A DNA stretch of 64,000 bases, taken from positions 922,190 to 986,189 of the forward strand of contig JAAOMT010000494.1 in the NCBI GenBank assembly GCA_016748015.1, written 5' to 3'. The position numbers and the translations under genes are program-made. Every line of letters starts with the position of its first letter. Within the stretch, counting starts at the first letter, position 1. The DNA is from Geosiphon pyriformis uo1 (Eukaryota > Fungi > Glomeromycota). Positions 62,470 through 64,000 of this stretch are shown here, in pieces. Under the pieces are notes generated by a model, which was not told where the DNA came from, did not search any database, and saw only the letters and a list, made by a program, of their open reading frames with translations.

Positions 62470-64000
62470 TTTTTTTTTTTAACATTTAACAAGTGAGGTC
62501 CAAATACTGTTTAGTACAATATATTATATATAAGCAATTTAAACTAGGTGTAAATCATGCATTTTCTATATGTGACCAGCAACTTAGGCTAATTAGGACA
62601 ACACTAAGCATCTATATAAACTAAAACTAAGCTATCTATATCTAAAAAAACAAACAAAGTTTACATAGTCCAAAACTAACACCAAAAGCTTCAACAATAT
62701 CCAATAATTTAACCATATTAGTTGAAATTACTAAAGAAAGCCCAGCTATAAAAATTAGAACAGACTCATTATGCAAGATTAGTCTATTCTTTTCTATAAA
62801 GATCTGGTGTTTAGTATAGGCCAACCAGATTTTATCTCAGAATACAAAACAGAATTTGCACACAAAGTTCACAATTTTCTGGTCTGCAATCTTAGAATTC
62901 TTAAAAACAGAAAGAGACTCTTAGTACCAATTATTGAAAACAATACTTTTACACAGAACCACACACACTGTAATGTTAAAAACACAAAAAAACAACAATT
63001 ACAACACACATAAAGAAGAATAAAAAAGACCAGAAAGCATTTCCCAATCAATTATATAAATGTTCAGTAACTAAATACAAGTGGCAAGATCAAATGAACA
63101 AGAAAAAACATGGTTTAAGACTTCAATATCTTCACAAAACAAACACACCACACTGAGATAACACCTTTTATACAAATGCTTATAAACAACAACAAGAAGC
63201 CAGTAATATAAAGCCTTCAGAAAATACATATAAGCATCAGCAGTATATCTATTAATGAAACTAGTGGCCAAGTAAGATCAAAATGTCACACTAATGATGA
63301 TCTAAACCAATCAACATTTATATGCAGATTATTTGTTACAATCCAAGAACCAGAACCAACTTTTTAGCACACACAATAAATAGAATAGAAAACATCACAA
63401 ACAAAATGTCTAGAATTATCAAAAACAATATTATTACCAGTTCTGATGTAATGTTCTTTAATCTGATAAAAGAGATATTAATTAAAAAGAGAAGCAGCCT
63501 TTGCAAATGTGTTAGCATGTTCAATTTCTGAAACACCTAAATGACTTTTCATTTTATGCCAACTGATATCTAAATTCTTTTCATGAATAATGTCTACAAT
63601 ATGACAATGTTCAACTCAACATCTGTTCTAAAAATCTGGACATATCAAACCCAATTCTGATTTGCAAGCATCAAAAACAGTTTGGCTATCTAAGAAAAGT
63701 TAAATTGAACTTGAAAAAAGGACACATTTGAGTGCCAATGAAATAGTCTACAACTTTGTTATAGTAAAAAACACCAAATCAGAAGCCTCAACACCTAAAC
63801 CAAAATTTATATTCTCAAAAAAAACAGCTGCACCAGCCCTCATATTAACAGTTCTCAAACCACACAGAGATTTATTCATATAAACAGAAAGACAACTGGT
63901 ATCAACACCCAATAAATAATCATGGACAACTCCAAATTCATGAGAACCAAGAATATTTAATAAGCCAATGTCTTTCAAAAGAGAAAAACAAACAGAAAAA
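62470..64000 (-). mobile_element. 3' end of a second LINE copy with RNase H, C-terminal Cys/His motif and poly(A) tail
   Basis: LSVYMNKSL (YTDGS type, ~63880). WHKMKSHLGVSEIEHANTFAK (W.KVKGHSG..GNE.AD type, ~63530). CLFCEDIEVLNHVFSC (~63120). T11 tract at 62470-62480. Runs off the window. Confidence 0.8.

Overview
An AT-rich eukaryotic, probably fungal, transposon graveyard with no recognisable host gene. From memory only, the repeats resemble those of Glomeromycotina such as Geosiphon; this is unverified. About 55 kb is a nest of related Ty3/Gypsy-like LTR retrotransposons, labelled here A-G. The nesting is: solo LTR in B, B in C, C and E in A, A and D in F, and F in a pogo/Tigger remnant. 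Two decayed LINE copies lie at the right end. All copies are pseudogenised almost entirely by C>T/G>A transitions. Comparing the copies reconstructs an unusual three-ORF element. ORF1 is Gag-protease-Cys-rich domain-dUTPase-dUTPase-like segment-RT-RNase H and ends in a conserved stop. ORF2 is a free-standing integrase with its own ATG. ORF3 is an unknown ~210-240 aa protein ending at the PPT. The elements have TGTTA...TAACA ends and 4-bp TSDs that reconstruct to CpG-centred tetramers (CCGG in two cases), as in Ginger1 transposons. The PBS resembles an elongator tRNA-Met complement. Every LTR family carries a covarying hairpin whose 9-nt loop holds the palindrome TGATCA, matching the geometry of a kissing-loop dimerisation site. 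Coordinates were read by hand; internal domain limits are approximate.
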